Part shown: positions 50,633 to 61,442 of the stretch, one piece after another
How positions within the stretch are numbered: position 1 is the stretch's first letter
Layout: every line of letters starts with the position of its first letter
DNA from: a virus
IMG/VR virus record: IMGVR_UViG_3300000234_000002
Coordinates: 19,958 to 83,957 of that record
Reading direction: 5' to 3' (one strand)
Length of the DNA: 64,000 bases
Translations under genes and position numbers: made by a program
The notes under the pieces: generated by a model
Databases searched by the model: none
What the model saw: the letters and a program-made list of their open reading frames with translations, nothing else
Told to the model about the DNA's origin: nothing

Positions 50633-51873
50633 GTGGAAGCCGTGAGAGAAATCTGAATTGTTCCAGGAAAGGCTACGTTACCTTTTTCTGCGGCAAGCAA
50701 GCGAACAAAAGTAGAACCTCCAGGATCTTTGGTGTGTACCACGAAGCTTATCGTGTTATCATCGACAGGCTCAGGACCGTTTAAATTCTGTAAATAAAGA
50801 TTTTGGCTGATGTTTGCAGTATTTACGTCGTTGATATCTAAATCCAAAATTGTTTCTTGGATCTCTTCTGTTCCATTACTCCACATGAGTTTGAAAGCCG
50901 CGTAACCACCAGGAGCGCCTCTTGTATATGAAATATAAAATGAAATGTTTCTAACACCAGTGGGTATAGGAAAGCCGACCTGATTAGTAAAAGCACCATT
51001 TATAGGAAGAACCTGTTGAGGCAGGTGAATTTGCCTCGGAATTTCATAGTCACAACATTTGCTTGTGGTGGGCATTGGTGAATATACCGGTGGGCAAATT
51101 TGTTCGTCTTCCGAACAAACATTGATACAATAATTTTGGATTAAATTTTTACCACATTTATAAGAGTGACCACCGGTCCTGATGAAAGAACACGCATATT
51201 CTCCAACTTTTATGAAATTAGTCCCACACACTGAAGAAGGGATAATTTCGAAAATGCTTTTGGAGCCAACAACAGAAAAATTTTGCGAAGCAGTCTGTTT
51301 AGGGGAGTCTTCGGACTCCATGAACTCCCAAACTATTTGATATTCTCCAGTATTGAGATTTATTATCCAAGGAGCATAAAAATGACCAATATCATGTTGA
51401 TAAGCAACGCTGCTTGATATTAATTCACATCCCTTAGAGTTCATTACTCTCCAAGATATGGAATACGGATCTTTCGGAAAGTTATTAGAATCAGTTATCT
51501 TTACAAATAGGTCATTCTCACCTAATACCTGGTATGTTTTGAAAAGTAAATGAACAGGGTTATTATATTTAGAAGTCTGCTTACATAAATCGCTTGGATC
51601 TATTACAAGAACACCCTTTGAATAAAAATATTTTTGACCACAAGGATCTGTTTGTACTTCCCAAGTTATTGTATATGATCCGGGCTTACCAGTCATCCAA
51701 GTTGCATAATAAACTCCAGTGTCTTTCTTGACGGCTTTATTATAAGCAACTTGGACCCCATACTGATCTACAGCTTTCCATTTAACAGAATAAGCATCCT
51801 GAAGATAACCATCTGAATTGTGCAAGTTTATGCACAAATCTTTGGTATTTTGAGAATTAGTTAAGTATATCAT
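50629..51873 (-). CDS. Putative structural protein with two Ig-like repeats
   Basis: Duplicated D.YS[VI].W...G.[YF]YA.W....G.Y.I.WE motif; Cys-rich linker. Confidence 0.6.
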   Translation of the reverse strand: MIYLTNSQNTKDLCINLHNSDGYLQDAYSVKWKAVDQYGVQVAYNKAVKKDTGVYYATWMTGKPGSYTITWEVQTDPCGQKYFYSKGVLVIDPSDLCKQTSKYNNPVHLLFKTYQVLGENDLFVKITDSNNFPKDPYSISWRVMNSKGCELISSSVAYQHDIGHFYAPWIINLNTGEYQIVWEFMESEDSPKQTASQNFSVVGSKSIFEIIPSSVCGTNFIKVGEYACSFIRTGGHSYKCGKNLIQNYCINVCSEDEQICPPVYSPMPTTSKCCDYEIPRQIHLPQQVLPINGAFTNQVGFPIPTGVRNISFYISYTRGAPGGYAAFKLMWSNGTEEIQETILDLDINDVNTANISQNLYLQNLNGPEPVDDNTISFVVHTKDPGGSTFVRLLAAEKGNVAFPGTIQISLTAST

Positions 51874-52244
51874 TTATTGAAATTTGCTATCAAACCTTGT
51901 GAAGACTGGTTTGCACCAACAACATTAAATTCTTGAATCGATTCAATGCTATTAGCCGGATTCCTCAGAACTAACCTCCAAAATCCTATCTTATCAGGAT
52001 AGAATCTGACGTTGTAATAGCCAGAAGATCCGGCTATTTCATTTATGAAAACAGATCCAGAAGAAATAGAAGAGTCTGATACGGTAGACCCGTTTAACAA
52101 AGACCAAGACAAAGTTGAATTATTGTGAAACAACTTTATCTGAAAGTCTGAAAAACCCAAACCAGTAAGTCTAGTGAAAGAACCTATTGGAAAATAAAAA
52201 TCAAATTGGCTCCTTACTAAAGAACCAGAATTAATTGTTTGCAT
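51870..52244 (-). CDS. Putative structural protein (Ig-like)
   Basis: EIAGSSGYYNVRFYPDKIGFW. Confidence 0.55.
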   Translation of the reverse strand: MQTINSGSLVRSQFDFYFPIGSFTRLTGLGFSDFQIKLFHNNSTLSWSLLNGSTVSDSSISSGSVFINEIAGSSGYYNVRFYPDKIGFWRLVLRNPANSIESIQEFNVVGANQSSQGLIANFNK

Positions 52245-52270
52245 AAATCAAAAAGATCAAAGAAAGACTA

Positions 52271-52504
52271 TCAATCAGCAAGCATTTCTTTCATAGCCAT
52301 GATTTTTTGGGCATAATCATGAGGTTTTACTGGATGTGAACCTAAATAATAGGCGTCTTTAAGGTCTTTCATTGAGCCCGCATTATTCATAAATATAAAA
52401 ATTACTTTGCGACCTTCTCGTCTCTTACGAAGAAGTGTGCAACCACTAAGCAAGAAAAAAGCGCCAATATATATGTTATCAGTTTCCATTTCTTCAATAG
52501 TCAT
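52271..52504 (-). CDS. Small hypothetical protein
   Basis: Likely start is the ATG at 52504 (MTIEEMETDNIYIGAFFL); the longer ORF runs through a terminator. Confidence 0.6.
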   Translation of the reverse strand: MTIEEMETDNIYIGAFFLLSGCTLLRKRREGRKVIFIFMNNAGSMKDLKDAYYLGSHPVKPHDYAQKIMAMKEMLAD

Positions 52505-52521
52505 AAAACAACAGTACAAAA

Positions 52522-52559
52522 TGAAAATGGGAAACTGAATTAACAGTTTCCCATTTTCA
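52522..52559 (-). terminator. Intrinsic terminator
   Basis: TGAAAATGGGAAACTG / CAGTTTCCCATTTTCA 16-bp arms, T-run follows on minus strand. Confidence 0.75.
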
Positions 52560-52581
52560 ATCAAATTAAATTGAAGTAGTA

Positions 52582-53397
52582 TCAGATGGTGAAAGGAGTA
52601 ACACCGTCGTCTTCAACAACAGCAACACCAACACCGGCAGGGAGGCCAACACGAGCGCCTCCAGGCTGAAAAGAAGAACTTCTCATCTTCGAAAGAGAGC
52701 CGTAAGCGAAAGAAAGAAGAACAAGACCGGTCTCAACGAGATAAGGAGCAACAACATCTCTCAGAGCAGCGTAAAAGTCTGCTTTGGATGCAGTGGACAT
52801 CGAGGTGAAAGTTGAGAGAGCGTCCAATGTCGCATCCGAAACGTCAACAGTTGTTGCCGTAGGATAAAGAGCAGTAGACAGAGCAGAAACCGAAAGACCC
52901 GAAAGGTTCGGAGGGGAAGCCGCCCAAGCTGCGGCTATCAAGGCATTGAGCGTCGAACCGTTAGCAGCAGTGTCTATCCGGAGAACTGCAGTCGGACCAG
53001 AATTCGGAGCAACGGTGTCGAGTCGAATCTGGTTAGTTCCAGTTATCGAAGCAACAACATTGAGACCGTTATTCAAGAATCCGGTATTGAGGTCTGCAAC
53101 TATCGTTTCTTTAGAAACGCTCACTCCGGCAGTCACGGATAAAACCGTGAAAGAACCAGGAGAGGTTTTGATTCTAAAAGCGGAATTGGAAGACGTATTC
53201 ACGTTCGCATTGGTGTCTGTACCAATAACGGAAAGAATCGCCTTCGCGTTCAAAACCGAAAGAAGCGTTTCACTGGACGGTTTTTGGAGGTACAAGCTCT
53301 GGCCCGGAGGCTCGCTTGAGAAGTTACGCTGAGTGCGACTCTCCACATCACTCAGGTAAATTTTTGAAATGTCAGAGCGTACTGCAGCTACTCTCAT
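52582..53397 (-). CDS. Putative abundant virion protein
   Basis: AGGAG SD, higher-GC codon usage like the sheath gene, followed by terminator. Confidence 0.6.
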   Translation of the reverse strand: MRVAAVRSDISKIYLSDVESRTQRNFSSEPPGQSLYLQKPSSETLLSVLNAKAILSVIGTDTNANVNTSSNSAFRIKTSPGSFTVLSVTAGVSVSKETIVADLNTGFLNNGLNVVASITGTNQIRLDTVAPNSGPTAVLRIDTAANGSTLNALIAAAWAASPPNLSGLSVSALSTALYPTATTVDVSDATLDALSTFTSMSTASKADFYAALRDVVAPYLVETGLVLLSFAYGSLSKMRSSSFQPGGARVGLPAGVGVAVVEDDGVTPFTI

Positions 53398-53415
53398 GAT
53401 TAACTCCTATTCAGA

Positions 53416-53967
53416 TTAAGCGAACGTGTAAGTATTACTAAGCTTGGAATTTGCAAAAACTTGCGCTTTCCAACCAGCATCTGGTGTACCTATAGTAACA
53501 GCCGAATCGGGGAAAATTATAGAAACTCCGGTGAAAGTCACGAAAACAGACTCGGGGATTTTTTGCGTCTGACCTACAAGATTTGTGAGAATGACCGACG
53601 TAACGTCGGGGTTTATGGAAGTAAAAGTGGTCCCGGTCAAGGAAACGTCAGATCCAGTTAAAGAGCCAACAGTGATGATAGGAGCTACAATGGTGTCCGA
53701 ATCAACTCTTAAAGAGTTGATGTAACCTTCATCATCAAGACCCTTGATACCACCAATGTTATAAGAAAGAAGAACTTCATCCGTAGGAACAAGATCAAGA
53801 TATCCCTTAACAGTAACATCGAGAGGGTTTACATAAGGAATATAAATTTTTTGCTTTGTGATATTCGCATATCCAGAAAAATTTCCCTGACTACGGTCAA
53901 CCTTATCAATCAAAATTGATCGATTAATTACTTGGTTGTTGATTACTCTAACGTAATTGACAGACAT
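53416..53967 (-). CDS. Putative virion protein
   Basis: AAGGAG SD; 183 aa. Confidence 0.6.
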   Translation of the reverse strand: MSVNYVRVINNQVINRSILIDKVDRSQGNFSGYANITKQKIYIPYVNPLDVTVKGYLDLVPTDEVLLSYNIGGIKGLDDEGYINSLRVDSDTIVAPIITVGSLTGSDVSLTGTTFTSINPDVTSVILTNLVGQTQKIPESVFVTFTGVSIIFPDSAVTIGTPDAGWKAQVFANSKLSNTYTFA

Positions 53968-53999
53968 GTGTTCTCCTTATGTTAAAATCTAATTAAAAT

Positions 54000-54638
54000 T
54001 CAATAAGCCGAGTCTCTTTCAGCATAAACGAAGCTGAATTGAGAAGAGCCACCAGTTCCACGAATAAAAAGCTGTTTGATGTTAGGCAGAACGGAGTTAA
54101 GAGGATTTGTATTATTATTGTTTGGAATAGTATATTCACTATTTCCATCAAAAGAAACAGCTAAACTAACAGAACCTTCGTTTGCGATTACGGGGTTTTC
54201 TCCGTAAGTTGGAAGATAAATCACCAAAGAATTACTGACATCAGCAGCATTCGGTGCGATACCATTTATGATGATGGTTCTTTGAACTTGAGTTTCGTAT
54301 GGTAAAATTAAATATTGGTCTTCATCCGGACCTATCACACCGCTACTATAAATAGGGGCAAATTTTATCCAAAGGTATTTTGAATCGTTGAAACCATAGT
54401 CTGCTGGGTTGAAAGTGAAACGAGTTTTATTCTTAAACGAGTTATTATCTGGACCGAAGAATATGGTAGAACTGCTAGAAGTTCCACAACTCGGAATTTG
54501 AACAAACGGAGTATAAGGTTGATCGAAATTTGACGCATACTTCATAATATAATGAGTAACATTTGGAATCTTATCCCAAATTAAGTCAACCAAATTTGCT
54601 CGACGTCTATAAGTTGATATGCGTCTCATCAATAACAA
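54000..54638 (-). CDS. Putative structural protein
   Basis: 212-aa beta-rich ORF; true start may be the ATG at 54629. Confidence 0.55.
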   Translation of the reverse strand: MLLMRRISTYRRRANLVDLIWDKIPNVTHYIMKYASNFDQPYTPFVQIPSCGTSSSSTIFFGPDNNSFKNKTRFTFNPADYGFNDSKYLWIKFAPIYSSGVIGPDEDQYLILPYETQVQRTIIINGIAPNAADVSNSLVIYLPTYGENPVIANEGSVSLAVSFDGNSEYTIPNNNNTNPLNSVLPNIKQLFIRGTGGSSQFSFVYAERDSAY

Positions 54639-54655
54639 ATAATATAGAAGACTTA

Positions 54656-55072
54656 TTATAAGACAATCTTAGTCGAGTTCTTATTCTCTTCAGCTACTTT
54701 TCCGTTAAAAGTAGCACCAACTTCCATCCCATCTTGTCTTATGGCCTCAGACCTTGCTTCGGCCCAAGTATCGGCAACTTGTCCTTTATAATTTGGAAGA
54801 GCTTTTTTAGCTTCGCCATATCTGTCTCTTTGACGGGCTTCCGCTCTTATGGAATTCGCCATCATTTGCTTTTTAACTCTATCACCTTTTGAAGGCCAGG
54901 ATCCAGAAGGACCATCTTTAAAAGCAACTTGAACAACACTTGGAATATATGTATACTCACAAACTCCATCACAGCTTACACAACTTGGAGTTATAAACTT
55001 GAAATCTGACATTCTTGCTTCTTGTTCTTGAACATTTCCGCAAGAAGAACATTTATAGCTGTAAGTCGGCAT
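54656..55072 (-). CDS. FmdB-family zinc-ribbon protein
   Basis: MPTYSYKCSSCG...CVSC...FKDG. Confidence 0.78.
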   Translation of the reverse strand: MPTYSYKCSSCGNVQEQEARMSDFKFITPSCVSCDGVCEYTYIPSVVQVAFKDGPSGSWPSKGDRVKKQMMANSIRAEARQRDRYGEAKKALPNYKGQVADTWAEARSEAIRQDGMEVGATFNGKVAEENKNSTKIVL

Positions 55073-55075
55073 GAT

Positions 55076-56017
55076 TTACTTTACTTTTATGTTTAAGTCT
55101 ATGTCTTGCTCATCAATCTTTTCAACAGGAATATTAACGGACCTATTGAGTCTATCCCATTCATTATCTATTGATTCAAGAAGTTCTTCGTCTGTGAGTT
55201 CCCAATTTTCATCAACTATTTCACCAACGAATTCATCGAACTTTTTAAGAACGGCATAAGCGTGCTTGCAAAGCCAGATTTTTCTTTCGGGATCGCGGAT
55301 GTCGGGAGTCGTGGCTGAACCACTTGGCTGGTTTAAAAGATAATCATTATGTTTAGCATGATATTCAGGACCATTGTACTTCCAATAAGGACAGTTACAA
55401 CTTATCGCAACATCACTAATAGTTGTTAGTTTAGCTTGAACTACCTTTTCACCGTTTCCGGCGTTTGCGCTGAAAGTGAAAATCTTTGTTTTTGGATCAT
55501 AAGAAGTAAGACTAACTTTTACAGACCTTGCATTTTCTTTAATATTTTTTGGAGTTTTAGGGGTTATTTGCTCAGGTTTTAGAGCTAAATGAATAACCGC
55601 TACAGAAGAATGAGTTACTTTATGATCAGTTCTATAAGGATAACTGAAATACTCCGACATATCAACATCAGTCATATAAGAAGTGTTTGTAGGAGATTGA
55701 ATATTTTCATCACGATAAAATTCTTGATGTTTGGTCTTTTCCGGACCAGTCATAAAATCAAATATTGATCCAGGTTCAGAAGACGGGATCAGAGGCTCAT
55801 CTTCATCATATACGAATGTTTTTTGACCAAAAAGATCTGCTTCTAAAGAATTCGCAACTTTAGTTGAACTTGTTATTATTTCAAGTTCAACTGGAATGAC
55901 GAACAGAGGACGCAAGTGATCAGGAATTGCTGAAACGAACGATAGCAGGTCTGGATAAACGTCTTGGCAGTTAAAAGAATAAACTGCTGCGTCAGTTAAA
56001 ACAAAACCAGCTGACAT
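55076..56017 (-). CDS. SWIM zinc-finger-containing protein
   Basis: SCNCPYW...LCKHAYAVL. Confidence 0.7.
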   Translation of the reverse strand: MSAGFVLTDAAVYSFNCQDVYPDLLSFVSAIPDHLRPLFVIPVELEIITSSTKVANSLEADLFGQKTFVYDEDEPLIPSSEPGSIFDFMTGPEKTKHQEFYRDENIQSPTNTSYMTDVDMSEYFSYPYRTDHKVTHSSVAVIHLALKPEQITPKTPKNIKENARSVKVSLTSYDPKTKIFTFSANAGNGEKVVQAKLTTISDVAISCNCPYWKYNGPEYHAKHNDYLLNQPSGSATTPDIRDPERKIWLCKHAYAVLKKFDEFVGEIVDENWELTDEELLESIDNEWDRLNRSVNIPVEKIDEQDIDLNIKVK

Positions 56018-56406
56018 CAGAAATCCTCCGAATCGGGCTTACTGACGTCAGTCTCTCCACGACGTCTTGGGAGATTGATACGAACTTCTTCAAGAACTCT
56101 TTCGAGTTCATCGATTTTTTCCGGTCTTAAATTTTGTTTTATTTCTTCATAATCTATTTTATTAACAGCCATGGCGGTAGCCATAAGTGATTTTTCTAAT
56201 TTAAAAAGACTTTCCGGCATTCCATTTATAAGATCGCCAGCTACAGCGTAAAGATGTTCTTTATGGGAACTAGAATCTATAATTTTGAGAGCCTTATTAA
56301 TATAATTTTTCAGTTCTTCACAACGTAAACGTGCGTCAGATAACTCTTCCTGTATATAAATGGTCGCTCCAGCTTCACGATAACGCATAACTAGAGCGAC
56401 CATCAA
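56017..56406 (-). CDS. Hypothetical helical protein
   Basis: 129-aa ORF with GAGG ahead of the next gene. Confidence 0.65.
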   Translation of the reverse strand: MMVALVMRYREAGATIYIQEELSDARLRCEELKNYINKALKIIDSSSHKEHLYAVAGDLINGMPESLFKLEKSLMATAMAVNKIDYEEIKQNLRPEKIDELERVLEEVRINLPRRRGETDVSKPDSEDF

Positions 56407-56413
56407 AAATCAA

Positions 56414-57415
56414 TCAAAGCAATTTGTCGCTATGTTCCTTCTTGAGGAACTTCTTGAAGTAATCACTTTCAGTGGCATAAAGAGCTTTGACGAGAGAATC
56501 CGAAATTTGTTGCTTCTTCAAGAAACTAACCTTCTCAGCGTTCTTACCCTCGTAAGGCCAATGAATGGGGAAATCAGGATCAAGAACAAGAGCGATTTTT
56601 ACTCTGTAATCGAGTTTGGAAGTATCAACTTTCTTCCCTGGACGTTTTTTGTGAGGATTCGCGTTATTCATCCTCTCTTCGAAACTAGAAACCCTAATAG
56701 ACTTTCCACCATCTTCGTCCATATTCTGAACTTCGGAAGACTCCATATTACCGACGTTCATCTTGATGCTTATGCCCTCTTTATGTACAATATTGGTTCT
56801 AGCCTTTGGAGGGTTGTTTGGTATAAAACCAGAGCCCGCGATATTTTCAATACTACTAATTATCTTCACAGACTCAGGTCTGTCCATATTCTCAACTTTT
56901 ATCTTAGCGGGGGTTCTAATGCGTCCTATAATGGTCTCACCGCCATCTCCGTCTGAAACCGAAGACGAAGTTATTCTCTTTGGGGCAACATGAGTTGGAG
57001 TATTGAGAACCTTGCTATTTAAGGGATTCTTAACGTCTCTTCTATCATTAACATTCATGACAACATCTTCGTCATGGTCATGATCTGCGGTAAGAGAACC
57101 CCTCTGAATGTTTAACAAATCAGTGTTGATGGTCTTCGCTTTTGCAGGGTTTCGAGAAGGAACTACAGCAGCGGGGACTTCGTACTCTTCATCAGAGTCT
57201 TCATCAACTTCACCTAAAACAAACCATCCCTGGTTGATAGAACCTCGAATGCTTGTCGTAGGGACTTCAAGGCCAAGATAGCGAAGAATGGAACCGTCAT
57301 ATTCAATGACGTCACCTTTTTCAACAGAAAGATTTTCTGTTCCTCCAACTCGGATTTTCATCAGAGCTGTGAATTTGTGAAACTGTCCCTTAACCCACTT
57401 AAATCCACTTGACAT
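56414..57415 (-). CDS. Hypothetical protein
   Basis: Likely start is the ATG at 57415 (MSSGFKW), with GGTAATGT-N5-ATG; the longer ORF overlaps a terminator. Confidence 0.65.
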   Translation of the reverse strand: MSSGFKWVKGQFHKFTALMKIRVGGTENLSVEKGDVIEYDGSILRYLGLEVPTTSIRGSINQGWFVLGEVDEDSDEEYEVPAAVVPSRNPAKAKTINTDLLNIQRGSLTADHDHDEDVVMNVNDRRDVKNPLNSKVLNTPTHVAPKRITSSSVSDGDGGETIIGRIRTPAKIKVENMDRPESVKIISSIENIAGSGFIPNNPPKARTNIVHKEGISIKMNVGNMESSEVQNMDEDGGKSIRVSSFEERMNNANPHKKRPGKKVDTSKLDYRVKIALVLDPDFPIHWPYEGKNAEKVSFLKKQQISDSLVKALYATESDYFKKFLKKEHSDKLL

Positions 57416-57429
57416 AAATAACATTACCG

Positions 57430-57472
57430 AAGTTTTAAGTGCATTTAACTGGTGAAAATGCACTTAAAACTT
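57430..57472. terminator. Inverted repeat, probable terminator
   Basis: AAGTTTTAAGTGCATTT / AAATGCACTTAAAACTT 17-bp arms just after collagen D. Confidence 0.65.
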
Positions 57473-57487
57473 TTATAAAATTAAATA

Positions 57488-58429
57488 TTAATATTGAGAA
57501 GTAACAAACCAGTTAGATCCGTTGCTGGTGAAAGTCCAAGATTTCTTGGGACCGACAAATGAAACGGGAGACGCAACGTTATCGATTGTCTGACCTAAAG
57601 TCGTTCCAACAACAATCAAATTTGTGCTGTTGGTGACGTTTTTGATTATCACCGATCTTCCAGTATTACCAATCGCAGTGGGAAGAGTGACAGTAAAAGA
57701 AGCGGCAGAAGGGTCACACAAAACTAGTTCGTTGATACTTGCAGCATAATTACCAGTTTGATTTGCGGTAACAGACGATATTATAGAAGGACCCTGAATA
57801 CCGGTAGATCCACGGGGACCAGTCTGGCCTATAGAACCAGTCAAACCTTGAGGACCCTGAAGACCTTGTGGGCCTGTGGGACCTTGAACACCAGTAGCAC
57901 CCTGAGGACCAGTAGCACCCTGAGGACCGACAGGACCAGTATTACCACGTGGGCCAGTCGGACCAATAGGACCACCAGAAGGACCAGTCTGTCCTTGGGG
58001 TCCTGTGAATCCGGGGGACCCCTGAGCACCCTGGAGGCCAACAGCGCCAGTATTACCACGAGGGCCAGTTAAGCCCTGAATACCGGTGGCACCCTGTACA
58101 CCCGTTACGCCCTGAAGTCCGGTGGCTCCCTGAGGACCAGTGTTACCACGGGGGCCTGTAAGCCCTTGTACACCAGTTGCACCCTGAAGCCCAGTAGCAC
58201 CCTGCAAACCTGTTACACCTTGTGCACCAGTGTTTCCACGGGGGCCAGTCACGCCTTGGATACCAGTGGCTCCTTGGGGACCAGTAGGACCACCAGAAGG
58301 TCCGGTGGCTCCTTGGGGACCAGTCGGTCCGGTGGAACCCTGAGGACCTTGAAGTGCGGGACCGGTGGACCCGGTTCCCCACACCGTTTTGAAAAGTTCA
58401 CCGAAACCGGCTGTTCTTACGTCTGCCAT
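57488..58429 (-). CDS. Collagen-like fibre protein D
   Basis: About 190 aa Gly-X-Y; C-terminal [15 protein letters not shown]...QTID...SNGSNW domain; GAGG SD. Confidence 0.9.
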   Translation of the reverse strand: MADVRTAGFGELFKTVWGTGSTGPALQGPQGSTGPTGPQGATGPSGGPTGPQGATGIQGVTGPRGNTGAQGVTGLQGATGLQGATGVQGLTGPRGNTGPQGATGLQGVTGVQGATGIQGLTGPRGNTGAVGLQGAQGSPGFTGPQGQTGPSGGPIGPTGPRGNTGPVGPQGATGPQGATGVQGPTGPQGLQGPQGLTGSIGQTGPRGSTGIQGPSIISSVTANQTGNYAASINELVLCDPSAASFTVTLPTAIGNTGRSVIIKNVTNSTNLIVVGTTLGQTIDNVASPVSFVGPKKSWTFTSNGSNWFVTSQY

Positions 58430-58436
58430 TTTATCC

Positions 58437-58859
58437 TCAGGAAATGCTGATTAAGAACGTTAAGTTGAAAGCCGTACCATTCTCTATGGTGACTTGGGTG
58501 AAAGTGGAATTGTGAGTTATATTGACAGTTCCTGTGGAATCAATCCAATTGAGGCCGTCCTGTTTAAGAACAACAACTTTCGGAAGTCTATTGAAATTGT
58601 GGGTGAGAACAACACTATCAGCACCACCAGAAGCTTCAAGGGAAACAACGTCATCAACGCTGATTTTTCCACTCTGCTTAAACCTGAATATATCACCAGC
58701 TGAAGCGCTCCGAAGAACTTCAGAAGTGTCAGGAAGATAAACAGACTGTCCAGGATTTATATATCGGTCTTCACCACGACGACCGACAGTCTGGGACTCT
58801 TGAGCAAGTCTCAGATCACTCAAAAAAATCTGCGTGGTGGAGATGTTCGTGATTTTCAT
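58437..58859 (-). CDS. Putative virion protein
   Basis: AGGAG SD; [13 protein letters not shown] motif. Confidence 0.6.
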   Translation of the reverse strand: MKITNISTTQIFLSDLRLAQESQTVGRRGEDRYINPGQSVYLPDTSEVLRSASAGDIFRFKQSGKISVDDVVSLEASGGADSVVLTHNFNRLPKVVVLKQDGLNWIDSTGTVNITHNSTFTQVTIENGTAFNLTFLISIS

Positions 58860-58888
58860 GTTGTTCTCCTAAATGGACTATTGCAGGT

Positions 58889-59740
58889 TTAAATAAAACG
58901 AATTATGGAAAGAAGTTCTCGAATAATTCTTCTTGTGGAAGAAATCTTCGGTATTTGTTTTATTATGTTCAGTATTTCGCTTGAAGTTCTAGAAGTCAAA
59001 CCGTAAGACTTAAGTTGTTCAACAATTTGGTCTCTTTCAAGACCAGTAGTTTCAGTAAGTTTAACCAAATCATAAAAGTTATATTTTTCAATATCATCAT
59101 CCATCAAAGATTCGACAAAACTTTCTATGGACTGATACTTCTTTTTTGCTTGCTCTTGATCAGCAAGATTGCGTTCTCTGGTTAATTTTTCTTTTTCTTT
59201 ATACTCATCACGAAGTTTTAACTGTTTCTGGAATCTTTTATCTCTAGATAAAGCCCCGTCAGGAGGATTTTGTATAACTTCATCAGTTAATTGGATCATT
59301 TCGTCTGATATGATTTTTGTATTACTGTCATCGACGAATGAAACGCTCCCGTCGTCCCCTATTTTAACATCAAAAGATCCGATTTCTCGAACCATCTGAT
59401 ATTTACCTTCTCCGGCATCATTCGGTCTCTTAAAATAATATCCAAGTTCCAAAGAAACATTCACAGTAGAATTTTTAACATTAGATCCATTATAGTCTCC
59501 AACAACTAAAAGACCACCAATTATCTTACTTTCTGCGAATTTTTCAGGCTTTGCGGGAAAAGAAAAACTCCCTTTTTTAGTTCTAAGGGAAGGGAAATCA
59601 TTTTTTATATCCCAAGAAAAATCAAAACCAGTGTTAAACTGATAAACTGCATTCTTAAATAATGAAGCCATTCTGCCAGCTAAATCAGGATTGCTGGCTA
59701 TGAAATAGCTAAATGCAATTTTCTTGACTGAATATTCCAC
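58889..59740 (-). CDS. Hypothetical protein with KKIA N-terminus
   Basis: 283-aa ORF, MEYSVKKIAFSYFIAS. Confidence 0.65.
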   Translation of the reverse strand: MEYSVKKIAFSYFIASNPDLAGRMASLFKNAVYQFNTGFDFSWDIKNDFPSLRTKKGSFSFPAKPEKFAESKIIGGLLVVGDYNGSNVKNSTVNVSLELGYYFKRPNDAGEGKYQMVREIGSFDVKIGDDGSVSFVDDSNTKIISDEMIQLTDEVIQNPPDGALSRDKRFQKQLKLRDEYKEKEKLTRERNLADQEQAKKKYQSIESFVESLMDDDIEKYNFYDLVKLTETTGLERDQIVEQLKSYGLTSRTSSEILNIIKQIPKISSTRRIIRELLSIIRFI

Positions 59741-59763
59741 ACATAAGTTTTTTAATCAAAAGC

Positions 59764-60153
59764 TCATTTGTCATCAGCAGAATTCATCTGCTTGACGACT
59801 TTTTTAGCCCAAGAATAACCAGAGTCTCCACCCCATAAAGCCCAAGCTATTCTTCCAGCGCTAGGGTATCCTTCTTCACCAGAAGACCACCCTTTTCTTT
59901 TTTTATCTATTTCGTGCCTATCAAAATAGGCTTTCATACGACGAACGGTTTTAGGGGATAGGTTTTTGCCGTTCGATATATCACGAGCACGGGCGACGCC
60001 AACTTCAGTACCGCCTCTCCCGTGCTCTTTTCTCCAGTCTAAACCTTTAGCAGCTTCCTTTTTAGCTCCAACCGGAGGCTCAAAATCAATATGAGAGTAT
60101 TTTTCAGATGAAGAAATTAATTTAGCTATCCTAGATAAAAACAGAAACTTCAT
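59764..60153 (-). CDS. Phage basic protein, possibly head-associated
   Basis: GRGGTEVGVARAR...RMKAYFDRH...SAGRIAWALWGGD, a motif I recall from phage head modules (not verified); LSRIA N-terminus. Confidence 0.55.
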   Translation of the reverse strand: MKFLFLSRIAKLISSSEKYSHIDFEPPVGAKKEAAKGLDWRKEHGRGGTEVGVARARDISNGKNLSPKTVRRMKAYFDRHEIDKKRKGWSSGEEGYPSAGRIAWALWGGDSGYSWAKKVVKQMNSADDK

Positions 60154-60176
60154 AAAAATTCATTTTGGATAAAAAA

Positions 60177-60923
60177 TCAAAATGAAGATACGTAAAAAGA
60201 ATGCGAAACTGAATGATATGGGACAGTTCCAATTTCAGTATAATTGTGAGATAAAACTATGGATCTAACCTCTTTGTCAATATTTGGATCCTTGAAAAGA
60301 TGATTTTCGACCAAAATATTCGGACGAAGTTCCGTTAGGATTTTTGAACTCCTCCTGAAAACAGCAGCTTCGGCACCTTCTACGTCCATTTTAACCCAAT
60401 ACTGTCTTGGTTGAGAATTGAAAAGATGAGGATATTGAGATTTAATATCCTCATAGACCGAATCCATCGAGCGAACCCGAATTATATCACCGGTTAGATC
60501 CCCATCATAACTCTCAAAAAACTCTTGGGAATTGGTATTGAGGTACCCATCTTTGTCGTAAACACCCTCATTAAATACTTTGACCTTTTCTGACCATCCG
60601 TTTAGTTTTAAACCAGATTCAACAATTTCCATCTCAGACAGTTTGAGATTTTCACCACCAAAACAATCATTTCCAAACTGAGGGGACCAAGCAAAGCAAA
60701 ATTCCGCACCACATGCTAGGGCTGCGAAGGTATACGAACCATAAGCCGCCCCTATATCAAACACAATATCTCCTGGATTTATGTTCCAGAACATATTGCG
60801 TACTTCACCCTCATCAATGTGAGACCACCAAGAGGCATTGGAACCACCATTATTTTGGTGTCCTTCCACACATGATACTTTATACTCATTACCTTTGTGA
60901 GAAAAAACTCTTGTGGAAAGCAT
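60177..60923 (-). CDS. FkbM-family SAM-dependent methyltransferase
   Basis: VFDIGAAYGSY, VKMDVEGAE..V, RPNILVE.H; likely start at 60923 (GGTAATGT-N4-ATG). Confidence 0.85.
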   Translation of the reverse strand: MLSTRVFSHKGNEYKVSCVEGHQNNGGSNASWWSHIDEGEVRNMFWNINPGDIVFDIGAAYGSYTFAALACGAEFCFAWSPQFGNDCFGGENLKLSEMEIVESGLKLNGWSEKVKVFNEGVYDKDGYLNTNSQEFFESYDGDLTGDIIRVRSMDSVYEDIKSQYPHLFNSQPRQYWVKMDVEGAEAAVFRRSSKILTELRPNILVENHLFKDPNIDKEVRSIVLSHNYTEIGTVPYHSVSHSFYVSSF

Positions 60924-61028
60924 ATAAACATTACCAATGTATAATGTCACATAAATATAGAGTAGAGCGCCAGTCGAAAAATCATTATATTCTTCCGAAA
61001 ATCAAGGACAAGAAAGAACACTAGGGAA

Positions 61029-61442
61029 ATGATAATGACCGAAAAAATTGAAGATGTAATTCTCGGAGATAACTTTGGTAACATGCCCGCAATATATGAA
61101 ACATTTCCAGTATCTTTAACGAATGTGAATAAAAAACTTGTTGAACATAGAGGAGAAAGAGTAATCCTGGAAGTTGACATGAGTTTAGATGAGATTCGAG
61201 AAATGCTTATTGAATATTGCAAATCCACATATAAAAATTTTGAAATTTTTGATATTACATATGACAAGTATTTATTGATATTGAACGAAGAGTATGGATT
61301 TTACGTTTCAAACAGTGTTGGATATAATGGAAGACTCGCATTTACTGAAAAAGGTGGAATAAGGAAATATGGAGTTCTGATTAATGGACTGAATTTCAGA
61401 CCAGTAAAAGACGTCATCGTTGACGCGGTGAACAATTCATGA
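61029..61442 (+). CDS. Hypothetical protein (tandem paralog 1)
   Basis: MSL.EI.EMLI.YC..LN..YGFY.S...YNG.L..F.PVKD.IVD shared with next gene. Confidence 0.75.
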   Translation: MIMTEKIEDVILGDNFGNMPAIYETFPVSLTNVNKKLVEHRGERVILEVDMSLDEIREMLIEYCKSTYKNFEIFDITYDKYLLILNEEYGFYVSNSVGYNGRLAFTEKGGIRKYGVLINGLNFRPVKDVIVDAVNNS

